The translations under genes and the position numbers were made by a program. A DNA stretch of 64,000 nt. Source: Halarcobacter sp. GTDB lineage: Bacteria > Campylobacterota > Campylobacteria > Campylobacterales > Arcobacteraceae. The stretch is from positions 896,001-960,000 of the forward strand of contig OY781089.1 in NCBI GenBank assembly GCA_963676565.1, read 5' to 3'. Of the stretch, positions 9,304 through 18,935 are shown in pieces (position 1 is the stretch's first letter; every line of letters begins with the position of its first letter). A model generated the notes under the pieces. The model made no database searches. It was not told where the DNA came from and saw only the letters and a list, made by a program, of their open reading frames with translations.

Positions 9304-10689
9304 ATGCAAAAGATTTTTTATGAGGTAAACTTTTTAGACAAAAGATGTTACGAAAAGTTTGCTTTAACTGAAGATATACTTATGGAACATGCAAGTTTTT
9401 CAATGGCTAACTATATTGAAAACAATTTTGAAAATAAAAAAACAGTTTTAATTGTATGTGGAGTTGGAAATAATGGTGCAGATGGGATTGCCTTAGCTAG
9501 ATTGCTTTATTCAAAATTTAATGTCAAACTATACATTCCATATGGTGTTAAATCACAAATGGCACAATTGCAACTAAAAAGAGCAAACTTGATTGGTATT
9601 GATATTGTTGAAGATATTTGCCAATGCGATATTGTTGTTGATTGTTTATTTGGAAGTGGTTTAAATAAAGATTTAGATAAAAGTTCCCAAGAGTTAATTG
9701 AAAGTTTAAACCTACTTGATGCTTTTAAAATTGCTTGTGATGTCCCAAGTGGAATAAGCTCAACAGGAGAGATTACAACAGTAGCTTTTAATGCAGATGT
9801 AACTATTACTATGGGTGCATTAAAGGTTTCACTATTTTCTGATATGGCAAAAGATTATGTTGGTAAAATTGAGGTTTCAAATCTTGGTGTTCAAAGGGAA
9901 GTTTATGAAGATGATTCAACTCTTTTCCTACTTGATAAAGAGGATATGAAATTACCTCTTAGAGATAAAAAAGATGCTCACAAAGGAACATATGGACATC
10001 TAAATGTTGTTGCAGGGGCTAAAAAAGGTGCAGGAGTAATTGCTGCTAAAGCTGCTTTTGGTTTTGGAGCAGGGCTTGTAAGTGTTATTTGTCATGAGTG
10101 TATAGATTTACCATATCATATAATGCAAACTCATAAACTAAGTGAAAATTGTACAGCTATAGCAGTTGGTATGGGACTTGGTAATTATGAAGAAAAAGAG
10201 ATTGAAGTAATCTTAGAATCAAATATTCCAACAATCATAGATGCTGATTTATTTTATGAAGATGTTATTTTGAAAGCTTTAGATAAAAATGTTGTTTTAA
10301 CTCCTCATCCAAAAGAGTTTTGTGCTCTTTTAAAACTTACTGGTATAGCTAATATTGATGTGCCTACATTACAAAAAGATAGATTTAAATATTTAAGTGA
10401 ATTTTGTACTAAATATCCAAAAGTAGTATTACTTTTAAAAGGCGCAAATGTTTTAATAGGACAAGATAAAAATATTTATGTAAATACCTTTGGAAGTGCA
10501 GTATTAAGTAAAGGTGGAAGTGGAGATGTTTTAAGTGGTCTTGTTGCTGGATTATTAACACAAGGCTATAGTTGTTTAGATGCAGCTATTAGTGCAAGTT
10601 TAGCCCATACAATTGCTGCAAATAACTATAGAAAGAACAACTACTCTTTAATCCCATCAGATTTGGTTGAAGAGGTAAAGAAATTATGA
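9304..10689 (+). CDS. nnr: Bifunctional NAD(P)HX epimerase/dehydratase
   Basis: LMEHA, GNNGADG, D.LFG.G, DVPSG, HKG.YG, IDAD, LTPHPKEF, KGGSGDVL. Confidence 0.93.
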   Translation: MQKIFYEVNFLDKRCYEKFALTEDILMEHASFSMANYIENNFENKKTVLIVCGVGNNGADGIALARLLYSKFNVKLYIPYGVKSQMAQLQLKRANLIGIDIVEDICQCDIVVDCLFGSGLNKDLDKSSQELIESLNLLDAFKIACDVPSGISSTGEITTVAFNADVTITMGALKVSLFSDMAKDYVGKIEVSNLGVQREVYEDDSTLFLLDKEDMKLPLRDKKDAHKGTYGHLNVVAGAKKGAGVIAAKAAFGFGAGLVSVICHECIDLPYHIMQTHKLSENCTAIAVGMGLGNYEEKEIEVILESNIPTIIDADLFYEDVILKALDKNVVLTPHPKEFCALLKLTGIANIDVPTLQKDRFKYLSEFCTKYPKVVLLLKGANVLIGQDKNIYVNTFGSAVLSKGGSGDVLSGLVAGLLTQGYSCLDAAISASLAHTIAANNYRKNNYSLIPSDLVEEVKKL

Positions 10690-10994
10690 AACCAATAATT
10701 GTTCAAACCACTTGTTCTGATAAAAATGAAGCAAAAAAAATAGCAAAAGTATTGATTGAAGAATCCCTTGCAGCTTGTATACAAATGGAAAATATTGAGT
10801 CATTTTATAAGTGGGAAAATCAATTTTGTAACGATAAAGAGGTTCTTTTAAACATAAAAACAAAAAAAGAAAACTTCAAAAAAATCAAAAGCAAAATTAA
10901 AGAATTACATAGCTATGATGTGCCCGAAATTATCTGTATAAAAATAGAAAATTTGAGTAAAGATTACAAAAAATTTATAAGTGAAAACTGTTAG
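10686..10994 (+). CDS. cutA: Divalent-cation tolerance protein CutA
   Basis: LAACIQ..S.Y.WE, E..L.IKT, HSYDVPEII. Confidence 0.92.
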   Translation: MKPIIVQTTCSDKNEAKKIAKVLIEESLAACIQMENIESFYKWENQFCNDKEVLLNIKTKKENFKKIKSKIKELHSYDVPEIICIKIENLSKDYKKFISENC

Positions 10995-11021
10995 AGCAGT
11001 TAAAATGGAGGAAAAATAAAG

Positions 11022-11801
11022 ATGAGTGATATCCTAAAAATAGGTGAATACGAATTTAATAGTAGACTAATTGTTGGTTCTGGAAAGTATAAAGATTTTC
11101 AAACAACTAAAGATGCAACATTAGCTTCAGGAAGTGAATTAATTACTGTAGCAATTAGAAGAGTAAATATTACAAATCCAAATGAAGAAAATTTATTAGA
11201 CTATTTTAAAGATACAAATGTAAAACTACTTCCAAATAGTGCAGGATGCTTTACGGCCGAAGAAGCAATTACAACTTTTAGACTTATGAGAGAAGCAACT
11301 GGAATTGATATTATTAAACTTGAAGTTATTGGTGATGCACAAAAAACTTTATACCCAGATGTTATTGAGACAATCAAAGCTTGTGAAGTATTAAAAAAAG
11401 ATGGCTTTACAATTATGGCATATACTTCAGATGATCCAATTATTGCAAAACAATTAGAAAGCGCAGGGGCAGATGCGATTATGCCTTTAGCTGCACCTAT
11501 TGGTTCAGGATTAGGTATTCAAAATCCATATAATATTGCATTTATTAGAGATGCAGTTAATGTACCAGTTTTAGTTGATGCTGGATTAGGATGTGCATCT
11601 GATGCTTCTTATGCTATGGAATTAGGAGCAGATGGTATTTTAGCAAATACTGCAATTGCACAAGCACAAGACCCAATGGCAATGGCTGAAGCTTTTAAAT
11701 ATGCAACTATTGCTGGAAGATTAAGTTATAAAGCAGGAAGAATCCCTAAAAAACCTTATGCAACAGCTAGTTCACCTGTTGATGGATTAATCCAATTTTA
11801 G
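11022..11801 (+). CDS. thiG: Thiazole synthase
   Basis: [47 protein letters not shown]. Confidence 0.97.
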   Translation: MSDILKIGEYEFNSRLIVGSGKYKDFQTTKDATLASGSELITVAIRRVNITNPNEENLLDYFKDTNVKLLPNSAGCFTAEEAITTFRLMREATGIDIIKLEVIGDAQKTLYPDVIETIKACEVLKKDGFTIMAYTSDDPIIAKQLESAGADAIMPLAAPIGSGLGIQNPYNIAFIRDAVNVPVLVDAGLGCASDASYAMELGADGILANTAIAQAQDPMAMAEAFKYATIAGRLSYKAGRIPKKPYATASSPVDGLIQF

Positions 11802-11804
11802 GCA

Positions 11805-11838
11805 AAAAGTAGGAATTTTGAAAAAAAATCCTACTTTT
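11805..11838 (+). terminator. Terminator-like hairpin after thiG
   Basis: AAAAGTAGGA...TCCTACTTTT inverted repeat. Confidence 0.65.
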
Positions 11839-11850
11839 CACAAAAAACCC

Positions 11851-11886
11851 TTGACAATGTAAAAAAAACATAGTATAATTCCGTCC
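11851..11886 (+). promoter_or_regulatory. Consensus sigma70 promoter of tRNA operon
   Basis: TTGACA (11851-56), 17 bp spacer, TATAAT (11874-79), GC-rich discriminator CCGTCC. Confidence 0.9.
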
Positions 11887-11911
11887 ACTTTTTGAAGAAA
11901 GAGTGACTGTT

Positions 11912-11989
11912 CGGGGCGTAGCGCAGTCTGGTTAGCGCACCTGGTTTGGGACCAGGGGGCCGGAGGTTCGAATCCTCTCGCCCCGACCA
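11912..11989 (+). tRNA. tRNA-Pro(TGG)
   Basis: Cloverleaf CGGGGCG..CGCCCCG-A-CCA, anticodon loop TTTGGGA, GTTCGAATC T-loop. Confidence 0.97.
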
Positions 11990-12002
11990 TTTTTTAGTAA
12001 GT

Positions 12003-12080
12003 GGTAGGTATAGCTCAGTTGGTTAGAGCATCGGGTTGTGGTTCCGAGGGCCGTGGGTTCGAATCCCATTACTTACCCCA
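12003..12080 (+). tRNA. tRNA-His(GTG)
   Basis: Anticodon loop TTGTGGT, G-1/C73, encoded CCA. Confidence 0.96.
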
Positions 12081-12093
12081 TTTTTTATTTATT

Positions 12094-12170
12094 GCGTCTG
12101 TAGCTCAGCTGGATAGAGCACACGCCTTCTAAGCGTGCGGTCAAAGGTTCGAATCCTTTCAGGCGTGCCA
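12094..12170 (+). tRNA. tRNA-Arg(TCT)
   Basis: Stem CACGC/GCGTG, loop CTTCTAA, GCCA end. Confidence 0.96.
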
Positions 12171-12242
12171 CTTTTATAGATTTGAGTTGATTTATCAACT
12201 GAATCTTTTTTTTTGTCTTTTTGAAGACACTTTTTTAATGTT

Positions 12243-12327
12243 GCGGATGTGGTGAAATTGGTAGACACGCCAGACTTAGGATCTGGTGCCTCACGGTGTG
12301 GAGGTTCGAGTCCTCTCATCCGCACCA
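12243..12327 (+). tRNA. tRNA-Leu(TAG)
   Basis: Loop CTTAGGA, long variable arm, ACCA end. Confidence 0.96.
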
Positions 12328-12362
12328 CTTTATAAAAACAAGCATTTCATATTATCTTGAAC

Positions 12363-12437
12363 TGGGGTATCGCCAAGTGGTAAGGCAACGGTTTTTGGTA
12401 TCGTCATTCACAGGTTCGAATCCTGTTACCCCATCCA
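12363..12437 (+). tRNA. tRNA-Gln(TTG)
   Basis: TGGGGTA acceptor (U1-A72), loop TTTTGGT, CCA end. Confidence 0.95.
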
Positions 12438-12459
12438 CCTTGGATAAAATCTTTCAAAT

Positions 12460-12536
<77 letters not shown>

Positions 12537-12627
12537 ATCAAAAAATTAAATATCAAAATACAAATCAATTACTTTAAGACTAATTTAAACGAATTTAAGA
12601 ATTCTTTTAAATTAATCTTCAAAAAGC

Positions 12628-12656
12628 TTGCTATTTATACTTGATTCAGTTATGAT
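12628..12656 (+). promoter_or_regulatory. Putative promoter of cold-shock gene, implying a ~140-nt 5' UTR
   Basis: TTGCTA-17 bp-TATGAT; long leaders are typical of csp genes. Confidence 0.55.
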
Positions 12657-12801
12657 GTCCGAACTTAAAGAAAATTAGTCTTATTTACATTGTTTGAATT
12701 CTATTAACATCTGCGTTGACATTAACTCTCAAATATTTAAAACTTGGTTTACACTTTACTAAAACTTCATAAATGAAGTATATACATATAAAAGGATCTC
12801 T

Positions 12802-13020
12802 ATGTCAAATAGATACAATGGAACAGTTAAATGGTTCAACAATGAAAAAGGTTTTGGATTTATCCAGAGAGAAGATACAGGAACAGATATTTTTGTTCAC
12901 TATAGAGAAGTAACTAACACTGGTTATGGAAGAGTTTCACTAGATGAAAATCAAAAAGTAAGTTTTTTAATTGGTAATAATACTAAAGGTGACTTTGCAC
13001 AAAGTGTAGAATCTATATAA
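12802..13020 (+). CDS. Cold-shock protein (CspA family)
   Basis: GTVKWFN.EKGFGFI (RNP1), DIFVHY (RNP2); SD AAGGA. Confidence 0.95.
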   Translation: MSNRYNGTVKWFNNEKGFGFIQREDTGTDIFVHYREVTNTGYGRVSLDENQKVSFLIGNNTKGDFAQSVESI

Positions 13021-13195
13021 CTATCTTCTAATACTTATATAATACTAAGTTTATAAGGCCACAAATAAAATGGCTTTGTAAACTTTTTTACTTATTTTAA
13101 CTCTAATAAATTTTTTAATAAAACATTATTGATATATTAAATAACAGCATTGGTGAACAATAATATTGTTGAACATAATTAACTAAAGGAATAGA

Positions 13196-13330
13196 ATGTA
13201 CATTCTTACAAAAAAATACAAATATGAAGTTTTTCAAAGACTATTAAAAATTGAAGAAAATTTTGAAGTTGCTTGCTCAAAGTCAGGGATTACTCAAAGT
13301 CAAGGAAAAAGTTTTTTAGCTAAAAATTAA
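13196..13330 (+). CDS. Small 44-aa hypothetical protein (below ORF-track cutoff)
   Basis: AAGGA SD 5 nt before ATG; MYILTKKYKYEVFQRLLKIEENFEVACSKSGITQSQGKSFLAKN; ends at a hairpin facing the convergent regulator gene. Confidence 0.55.
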   Translation: MYILTKKYKYEVFQRLLKIEENFEVACSKSGITQSQGKSFLAKN

Positions 13331-13342
13331 GTTTTAGCTAAA

Positions 13343-14023
13343 CTAAAATGTAGAAATATCTTTACTTATAAATTTATACCCAACACCCCTAATATTTGCA
13401 ATCATCCCATTTTTTAATTTTTTTTGTAACTTGTGAATTACACTTCTCATACTAACGGCTTCAACAGCTTTATTATCCCAAACATATTCATGAATCATTT
13501 CTGATGTAACTGTTTTATCAAGATTATCTACAAAAAGAGTTAATAGCAGTTTTTCCTTATGGGTTAAAACAATTTCATGGTCATGTTTATATAGGTTTTG
13601 ATCTTTTAGATTAAATTTATATCCAAAACCTAATTCAATAACATCTTTATCTATATCATTTTTTAAAATTGTTTTAATATGATATTTTAGATGTAAAAGA
13701 AGTTCCTCAAGTTCAAAGGGTTTTTTTAAATAATCATTGCATCCAAGTTCATAAGCCTTTGAGATATTATCAATATCTAATTGGGCACTTACTATTATAA
13801 CTGGCAAATTGTCATGCTTTTTTCTAATCTCCTCTAAGACTTCATGTCCAGAAAAACCTGGTACATTTATGTCTAAAATATATAAATCATAGTTGTTGTT
13901 CAAGATATTTGTCATTGCATCATAACCATTATCTACACTTGTAACAAAAAAACCTTTTTGTTCTAAGGCATTGCTGATTAATTTATTTAATGAAAAATCA
14001 TCTTCTAGTAAAAATATTTTCAT
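13343..14023 (-). CDS. OmpR-family response regulator
   Basis: REC (LLEDD, ILDINVP, KPF) plus winged helix (LT.KE..LL, VW, I.NIRGVGY). Confidence 0.93.
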   Translation of the reverse strand: MKIFLLEDDFSLNKLISNALEQKGFFVTSVDNGYDAMTNILNNNYDLYILDINVPGFSGHEVLEEIRKKHDNLPVIIVSAQLDIDNISKAYELGCNDYLKKPFELEELLLHLKYHIKTILKNDIDKDVIELGFGYKFNLKDQNLYKHDHEIVLTHKEKLLLTLFVDNLDKTVTSEMIHEYVWDNKAVEAVSMRSVIHKLQKKLKNGMIANIRGVGYKFISKDISTF

Positions 14024-15078
14024 ACACTCTTCTTTGTAATTGCTTCAATATCAAAAATAAATTTTGTTCCACAATTTTTTTCACTTCTAATATCAATAAG
14101 TATTCCATATTTATCACAAATCTCCTTAACTATATTAAGCCCTAAACCCAAACCTAGCTTTTTATTTGATTTTTGATAGTATTCCTCAAAGATAAGTTCT
14201 GTATCTTCAATACCAATACCAAAATCCTCAATACTTATTATGGTTTTATTATCTTCAATTCCAAAAAATACATCTATTTCAGATGATTCTTTACTATATT
14301 TTATAGCATTACTAATTGTATTATCAATTAATCTTTCAAATTCATATCTATTTATAAAAACCTCTAATTCATCTGAAAACTCAAGATTTATATGAATATC
14401 CTTTGTATTTGCTAATTCATCAAAAAATTGTATTCTTGAACTAATAAACTTCAAAAGATTTATCTTCGTGATTTTATACTCACGGCTTTCTTTTTTAACT
14501 TTGTAAGATAAATCTCCATATATGGAACTTAGTGTTTTACTTGAGGCTCTTATAGATTCAATCTCCTTTGACAAACCATATTTTTGTTCAATCAATTCAG
14601 TATTTAAAGATATTATTGAAACAGGAGTATTCATCTCATGCATAATTTTTTTTACAAATAAATCTTGTTGTTCTAGTAAAGAAGCAATGGTTATTTTACT
14701 TTTATATATTTCAAGTTGGGTTCTAACTCTAGCTTTAACCTCTTTTGGTTCAAATGGCTTAGTGATATAATCAACACCACCTTGGCTAAAAGCTTTAACT
14801 TTACTATCTATATCATCCAAAGCAGAAATAAAAATAATAGGGATATCTTTTAAGTTCTCCTCTTCTTTTATTATCTTACAAACTTCAAAACCATCCAAAT
14901 CTGGCATTTTAATATCAAGTAAGATTAAGTGTGGAGGATTGTTTTTTGATGATTCAATAGCAAATTTTGCATCTATGGAAGCTTTTATCTCATAGTTTTC
15001 ATCTTTTAATATCTCATTTAGATATTTTAAATTCTCTTTTTTGTCATCAATTATAAGTACTGTGTAGTTTTTAGTCAT
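14020..15078 (-). CDS. Cytoplasmic hybrid REC-HisKA-HATPase protein
   Basis: IIDD, LLDIKMP, ITKPF; MHEMNTP H-box; DN.ISNAIKYS, D.GIGI, GLGLGL. Confidence 0.9.
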   Translation of the reverse strand: MTKNYTVLIIDDKKENLKYLNEILKDENYEIKASIDAKFAIESSKNNPPHLILLDIKMPDLDGFEVCKIIKEEENLKDIPIIFISALDDIDSKVKAFSQGGVDYITKPFEPKEVKARVRTQLEIYKSKITIASLLEQQDLFVKKIMHEMNTPVSIISLNTELIEQKYGLSKEIESIRASSKTLSSIYGDLSYKVKKESREYKITKINLLKFISSRIQFFDELANTKDIHINLEFSDELEVFINRYEFERLIDNTISNAIKYSKESSEIDVFFGIEDNKTIISIEDFGIGIEDTELIFEEYYQKSNKKLGLGLGLNIVKEICDKYGILIDIRSEKNCGTKFIFDIEAITKKSV

Positions 15079-15153
15079 ATATTAATCTTCTTAAACATCC
15101 TAGTTTGTTAAGATTATAGAATAATTAATGTAAAAAGCTATTTAGGATTTTTA

Positions 15154-17445
15154 GTGAATTTAAAAAGACTCTTCATGTTACTGTTTATTTTAAATACAGT
15201 TTCATTTATCTGTGTTGCTATTGTGATTAATAAATATCAAAAGGCAGCAAACGAATTGGAAAATGCATATAAAATGCAATACAAATCTTTGATTTTAACT
15301 CAAGAATTAAGACAAAGTAGTGATGACTTAACAAGGATGGCAAGAACCTATGTAATAACTGGTAATCCAATGTTTGAGGAGCAGTTTAAAACTGTTCTTG
15401 ATATTAGAAATGGAGATAAACCAAGACCTAAAAGATATAATGGAATCTTTTGGGATTTTTTTACTTTAGGGGATAAAAAACCAAATTTCAATGGTGAAAA
15501 AATTGGTTTAAGAGATTTGATGATAAAAGCAAACTTTACAGAAGAAGAGTTAGATATGCTTTTTGAATCTCAAAAGGAATCTGACGATTTAACTAACCTT
15601 GAACATAAAGCTATGAATGCAGTAAAAGGGATTTTCCAAGATGAAAAGGGTGATTATACTATTTATGGTGAACCTGATTTTAAATTAGCTAGAGAGATTA
15701 TGCATGGGGATGAATATCATAAAGCAAAAATTAGGATTATGAAACCCCTTGATGATTTTTATAGAGCCTTTGAATCAAGAACAAAACAAAAGGTTGATGA
15801 TGCAAAATTAGTTTTGCAAAAACAAGAGTTTAATGTAAATGTTATTGTTCTTTTTTCTGTACTTTTATTTTTATTATCTTTCTTTATTATTCTTTTTAGA
15901 ATCATTTACCCTATAGATTTACTTAGAATTGCCATGGTAAAACTATCTTCCAATGATATGAGTGTAGAGGTTGAAAAAAACAAATATGAAGATGAGGTTG
16001 GGGATATGATTGGTGCAGTTCAAATTTTCAAAGAAAATACTGAAAAACTAATTGAAAGTGAACAACAAATTAAAAAAGCAATGCAAGAAGCAACCCATGC
16101 AAACAAAGCAAAATCTATATTCTTAGCAAGAATGAGTCATGAGCTAAGAACACCTTTAAACGCTATATTAGGATTTACAAATCTACTAAATAAATCAGAA
16201 AATATCAATATACAAGAAAAAAAGAATTTAGATACCATAAAAAGAAGTGGAAAACATCTTTTAAATATTATTAATGAGATTCTTGAATTATCAAAAATTG
16301 AAGCAGGAAAAATAGAGCTAAATCCTAAAGCCTTTCAACTGCATGAATTGATTAAAGATATTGATTCTATGTTTGCTTTTAGATGTGAATCAAAAGGTTT
16401 AACTTTTAATCTAAATGTTGACTCAAATATTCCTAATATCATAAAAGCAGATGAACAAAGACTAAGACAAATTCTAATTAACCTTTTAGGCAATGCTTTA
16501 AAGTTTACAAAAAAGGGAAAAATCACACTAAATATTTATGAAAAAAACAAAAGATTGTTTTTTGAAGTAAAAGATACTGGAATTGGTATTGAAAAAGAGG
16601 ATCAAAAAAAGATTTTTAAACCCTTTGAGCAGATTAAAAAAGATGATTATAAATCAAATGGAACAGGACTAGGGTTATCAATCACTAAAGAACTAATCAC
16701 TTTAATGGGCGGTTCAATCTATGTAAAAAGTTTTGTAAAATCTGGTAGTGAATTTTATTTTAGTATTGATTATGAAGATTCAGATGAAATACAATTTGAA
16801 GAAAAAGGCTATTTAAAAGATATTGTAGGAATAGAAAAAGTTGAAGATGCTACTATCTTAGTTGTTGATGATATAAAAGAAAATAGAGATTTAGCAATTC
16901 AGATATTAGAGCAGTATGGTTTTATAACTTGTTCTGCTTCTTCTGGTGAAGAGGCAATTGAGATTGTTAAATCAAAAGATATTGATTTGATATTTATGGA
17001 TACATTAATGCCTGGAATGGATGGACATGAAACTACAAAGGTGATTAAAAATCAATTAAAAAAACAAGATATACCTATTATAACCCTTTCAGCAAATGTT
17101 TTTGAGGATGATAAGCAAAAGGCGATTAAAAATGGTGCCGATGATTTCTTAGCAAAACCTATAGACGAAAAACAATTAATAAAAATACTTCAAAAATATC
17201 TTCATGTAGAATTAAAATTTGATGAGACAAAAAAATCACAAGAAGAAGATGAAGAGATTTTTACAAATCTATCAAAGGAGTTTTTTATTAGTTTAAAAAA
17301 CTTTGCATTACAAATGGATAATAGCTCAATATATGAATTACTTGAAAAAAGCTCAATTGATGATAAAAGTAAACTACATATAAAAAACTTAATAGAGGAG
17401 TTTGATTATCAGGCACTTGTAAAAGTTTGTGATCAAAGGTTATAA
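15154..17445 (+). CDS. Membrane hybrid sensor histidine kinase (periplasmic sensor, HAMP, HisKA, HATPase, REC)
   Basis: Two TM helices, FLARMSHELRTPLNAILG, QILINLLGNALKFT, GTGLGLSI, C-terminal REC (VVDD, FMD, KP). Confidence 0.93.
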   Translation: MNLKRLFMLLFILNTVSFICVAIVINKYQKAANELENAYKMQYKSLILTQELRQSSDDLTRMARTYVITGNPMFEEQFKTVLDIRNGDKPRPKRYNGIFWDFFTLGDKKPNFNGEKIGLRDLMIKANFTEEELDMLFESQKESDDLTNLEHKAMNAVKGIFQDEKGDYTIYGEPDFKLAREIMHGDEYHKAKIRIMKPLDDFYRAFESRTKQKVDDAKLVLQKQEFNVNVIVLFSVLLFLLSFFIILFRIIYPIDLLRIAMVKLSSNDMSVEVEKNKYEDEVGDMIGAVQIFKENTEKLIESEQQIKKAMQEATHANKAKSIFLARMSHELRTPLNAILGFTNLLNKSENINIQEKKNLDTIKRSGKHLLNIINEILELSKIEAGKIELNPKAFQLHELIKDIDSMFAFRCESKGLTFNLNVDSNIPNIIKADEQRLRQILINLLGNALKFTKKGKITLNIYEKNKRLFFEVKDTGIGIEKEDQKKIFKPFEQIKKDDYKSNGTGLGLSITKELITLMGGSIYVKSFVKSGSEFYFSIDYEDSDEIQFEEKGYLKDIVGIEKVEDATILVVDDIKENRDLAIQILEQYGFITCSASSGEEAIEIVKSKDIDLIFMDTLMPGMDGHETTKVIKNQLKKQDIPIITLSANVFEDDKQKAIKNGADDFLAKPIDEKQLIKILQKYLHVELKFDETKKSQEEDEEIFTNLSKEFFISLKNFALQMDNSSIYELLEKSSIDDKSKLHIKNLIEEFDYQALVKVCDQRL

Positions 17446-17492
17446 ACCTCAATGTATACTAAATATACAAATAAATTTTATAGTTACTTAAA

Positions 17493-17527
17493 AAAACAAC
17501 ACTAAAACAACACTTCTTTTTTATACT
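17493..17527 (+). promoter_or_regulatory. Tandem 11-bp direct repeat plus -10 upstream of urtA (OmpR-type site)
   Basis: AAAACAACACT x2 exact (17493-17514) followed by TATACT (17522-27). Confidence 0.6.
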
Positions 17528-17599
17528 TCATCTCAAGAAAATATCAAACTAAAAAAACGCGAATTTTTTAGTTTGGTATTAAATCTAATAGGAGATCGT

Positions 17600-18880
17600 A
17601 TGAAGAAATTTATAGCTAAATCATTGTCTGCTGCTGCAATCGTTGCAATGGCAACTGTAGCACACGCTGCTGATACTATTAAAGTTGGTGTATTACACTC
17701 ATTATCAGGAACAATGGCTATTAGTGAGACAACATTAAAAGATACAGTTTTGATGTTAATTGAAGAACAAAATAAAAAAGGTGGGGTTTTAGGAAAAAAA
17801 CTAGAGCCTGTAGTTGTTGACCCTGCGTCAAATTGGCCTTTATTTGCTGAAAAAATGAGAGGACTATTAACTAAAGATAAAGTAGATGTAACATTTGGTT
17901 GTTGGACATCAGTATCTAGAAAATCTGTTTTACCAGTTGTTGAAGAGTTAAATGGATTATTATTCTACCCAGTACAATATGAGGGTGAAGAGTCATCTAA
18001 AAATGTATTCTATACAGGTGCAGCGCCAAACCAACAAGCTATTCCAGCAGTTGATTACTTAATGAAAGATTTAGGTGTAAAAAGATTTGTTTTAGCTGGT
18101 ACTGACTATGTTTACCCAAGAACTACAAACAAAATCTTAGAGTCTTACTTAATTGCTAAAGGTGTAGCAAAAGAAGATATCATGATTAACTATACTCCAT
18201 TTGGACACTCTGACTGGCAATCAATCGTATCTGATATCAAAAAATTTGGGTCTGCAGGGAAGAAAACAGCAGTTGTTTCTACAATCAATGGTGATGCTAA
18301 CGTTCCTTTCTATAAAGAATTAGGTAACCAAGGTATTAGTGCTGAAGATATTCCAGTTGTTGCATTCTCAGTTGGTGAAGAAGAGTTATCAGGACTTGAT
18401 ACTAAACCATTAGTTGGACACTTAGCTGCATGGAACTACTTCCAATCTGCAGAGTCTGAAGAAAATAATAAATTTATCGCTGCATGGAAAACATTTATCA
18501 AAGATGATAAAAGAGTTACAAATGACCCAATGGAAGCAACTTACATTGGATTTAATTTATGGGTAAAAGCTGTTGAAAAAGCTGGAACTACTGATGTAGA
18601 TGCTGTTTCAAAAGCAATTATTGGTCTTGAAGTTCCTAACTTAACAGGTGGAACTGCTAAAATGCTTAAAAACCACCACTTAACAAAACCAGTATTAATT
18701 GGTGAGATTCAAGAAGATGGTCAATTTGAAACTGTATGGTCAACTGATGGTGAAGTAGCAGGTGATGCATGGTCAGATTTCTTACCTTCATCAAAAGATG
18801 TAATCTCTGATTGGACAGCTCCAATTAACTGTGGTAACTACAACACTGTAACTAAAAAGTGTTCAGGTCAAAACTACTAA
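17600..18880 (+). CDS. urtA: Urea ABC transporter substrate-binding protein
   Basis: IKVGVLHSLSGTMAISE, DPASNWP.FAEK, FGCWTS.SRK, YPVQYEG, GTDYVYPR; start moved to ATG 17600 (SD GGAG). Confidence 0.95.
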   Translation: MKKFIAKSLSAAAIVAMATVAHAADTIKVGVLHSLSGTMAISETTLKDTVLMLIEEQNKKGGVLGKKLEPVVVDPASNWPLFAEKMRGLLTKDKVDVTFGCWTSVSRKSVLPVVEELNGLLFYPVQYEGEESSKNVFYTGAAPNQQAIPAVDYLMKDLGVKRFVLAGTDYVYPRTTNKILESYLIAKGVAKEDIMINYTPFGHSDWQSIVSDIKKFGSAGKKTAVVSTINGDANVPFYKELGNQGISAEDIPVVAFSVGEEELSGLDTKPLVGHLAAWNYFQSAESEENNKFIAAWKTFIKDDKRVTNDPMEATYIGFNLWVKAVEKAGTTDVDAVSKAIIGLEVPNLTGGTAKMLKNHHLTKPVLIGEIQEDGQFETVWSTDGEVAGDAWSDFLPSSKDVISDWTAPINCGNYNTVTKKCSGQNY

Positions 18881-18889
18881 TAGAAAATC

Positions 18890-18917
18890 TAAAGAAGAGA
18901 GTTTTTTCTCTTCTTTA
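18890..18917 (+). terminator. Hairpin after urtA (terminator/attenuating or mRNA-stabilising stem)
   Basis: TAAAGAAGAGA / TCTCTTCTTTA. Confidence 0.6.
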
Positions 18918-18935
18918 ATCCTACAAGGCATTCTT

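Noticed and set aside
11022..11801. thiG without thiS/thiH or a TPP riboswitch
   Set aside because: Only 27 bp separate it from cutA, so no riboswitch fits; scattered thi genes are not unusual
12089..12328. 79-aa minus-strand ORF
   Set aside because: Antisense shadow of tRNA-Arg and tRNA-Leu; a typical spurious call
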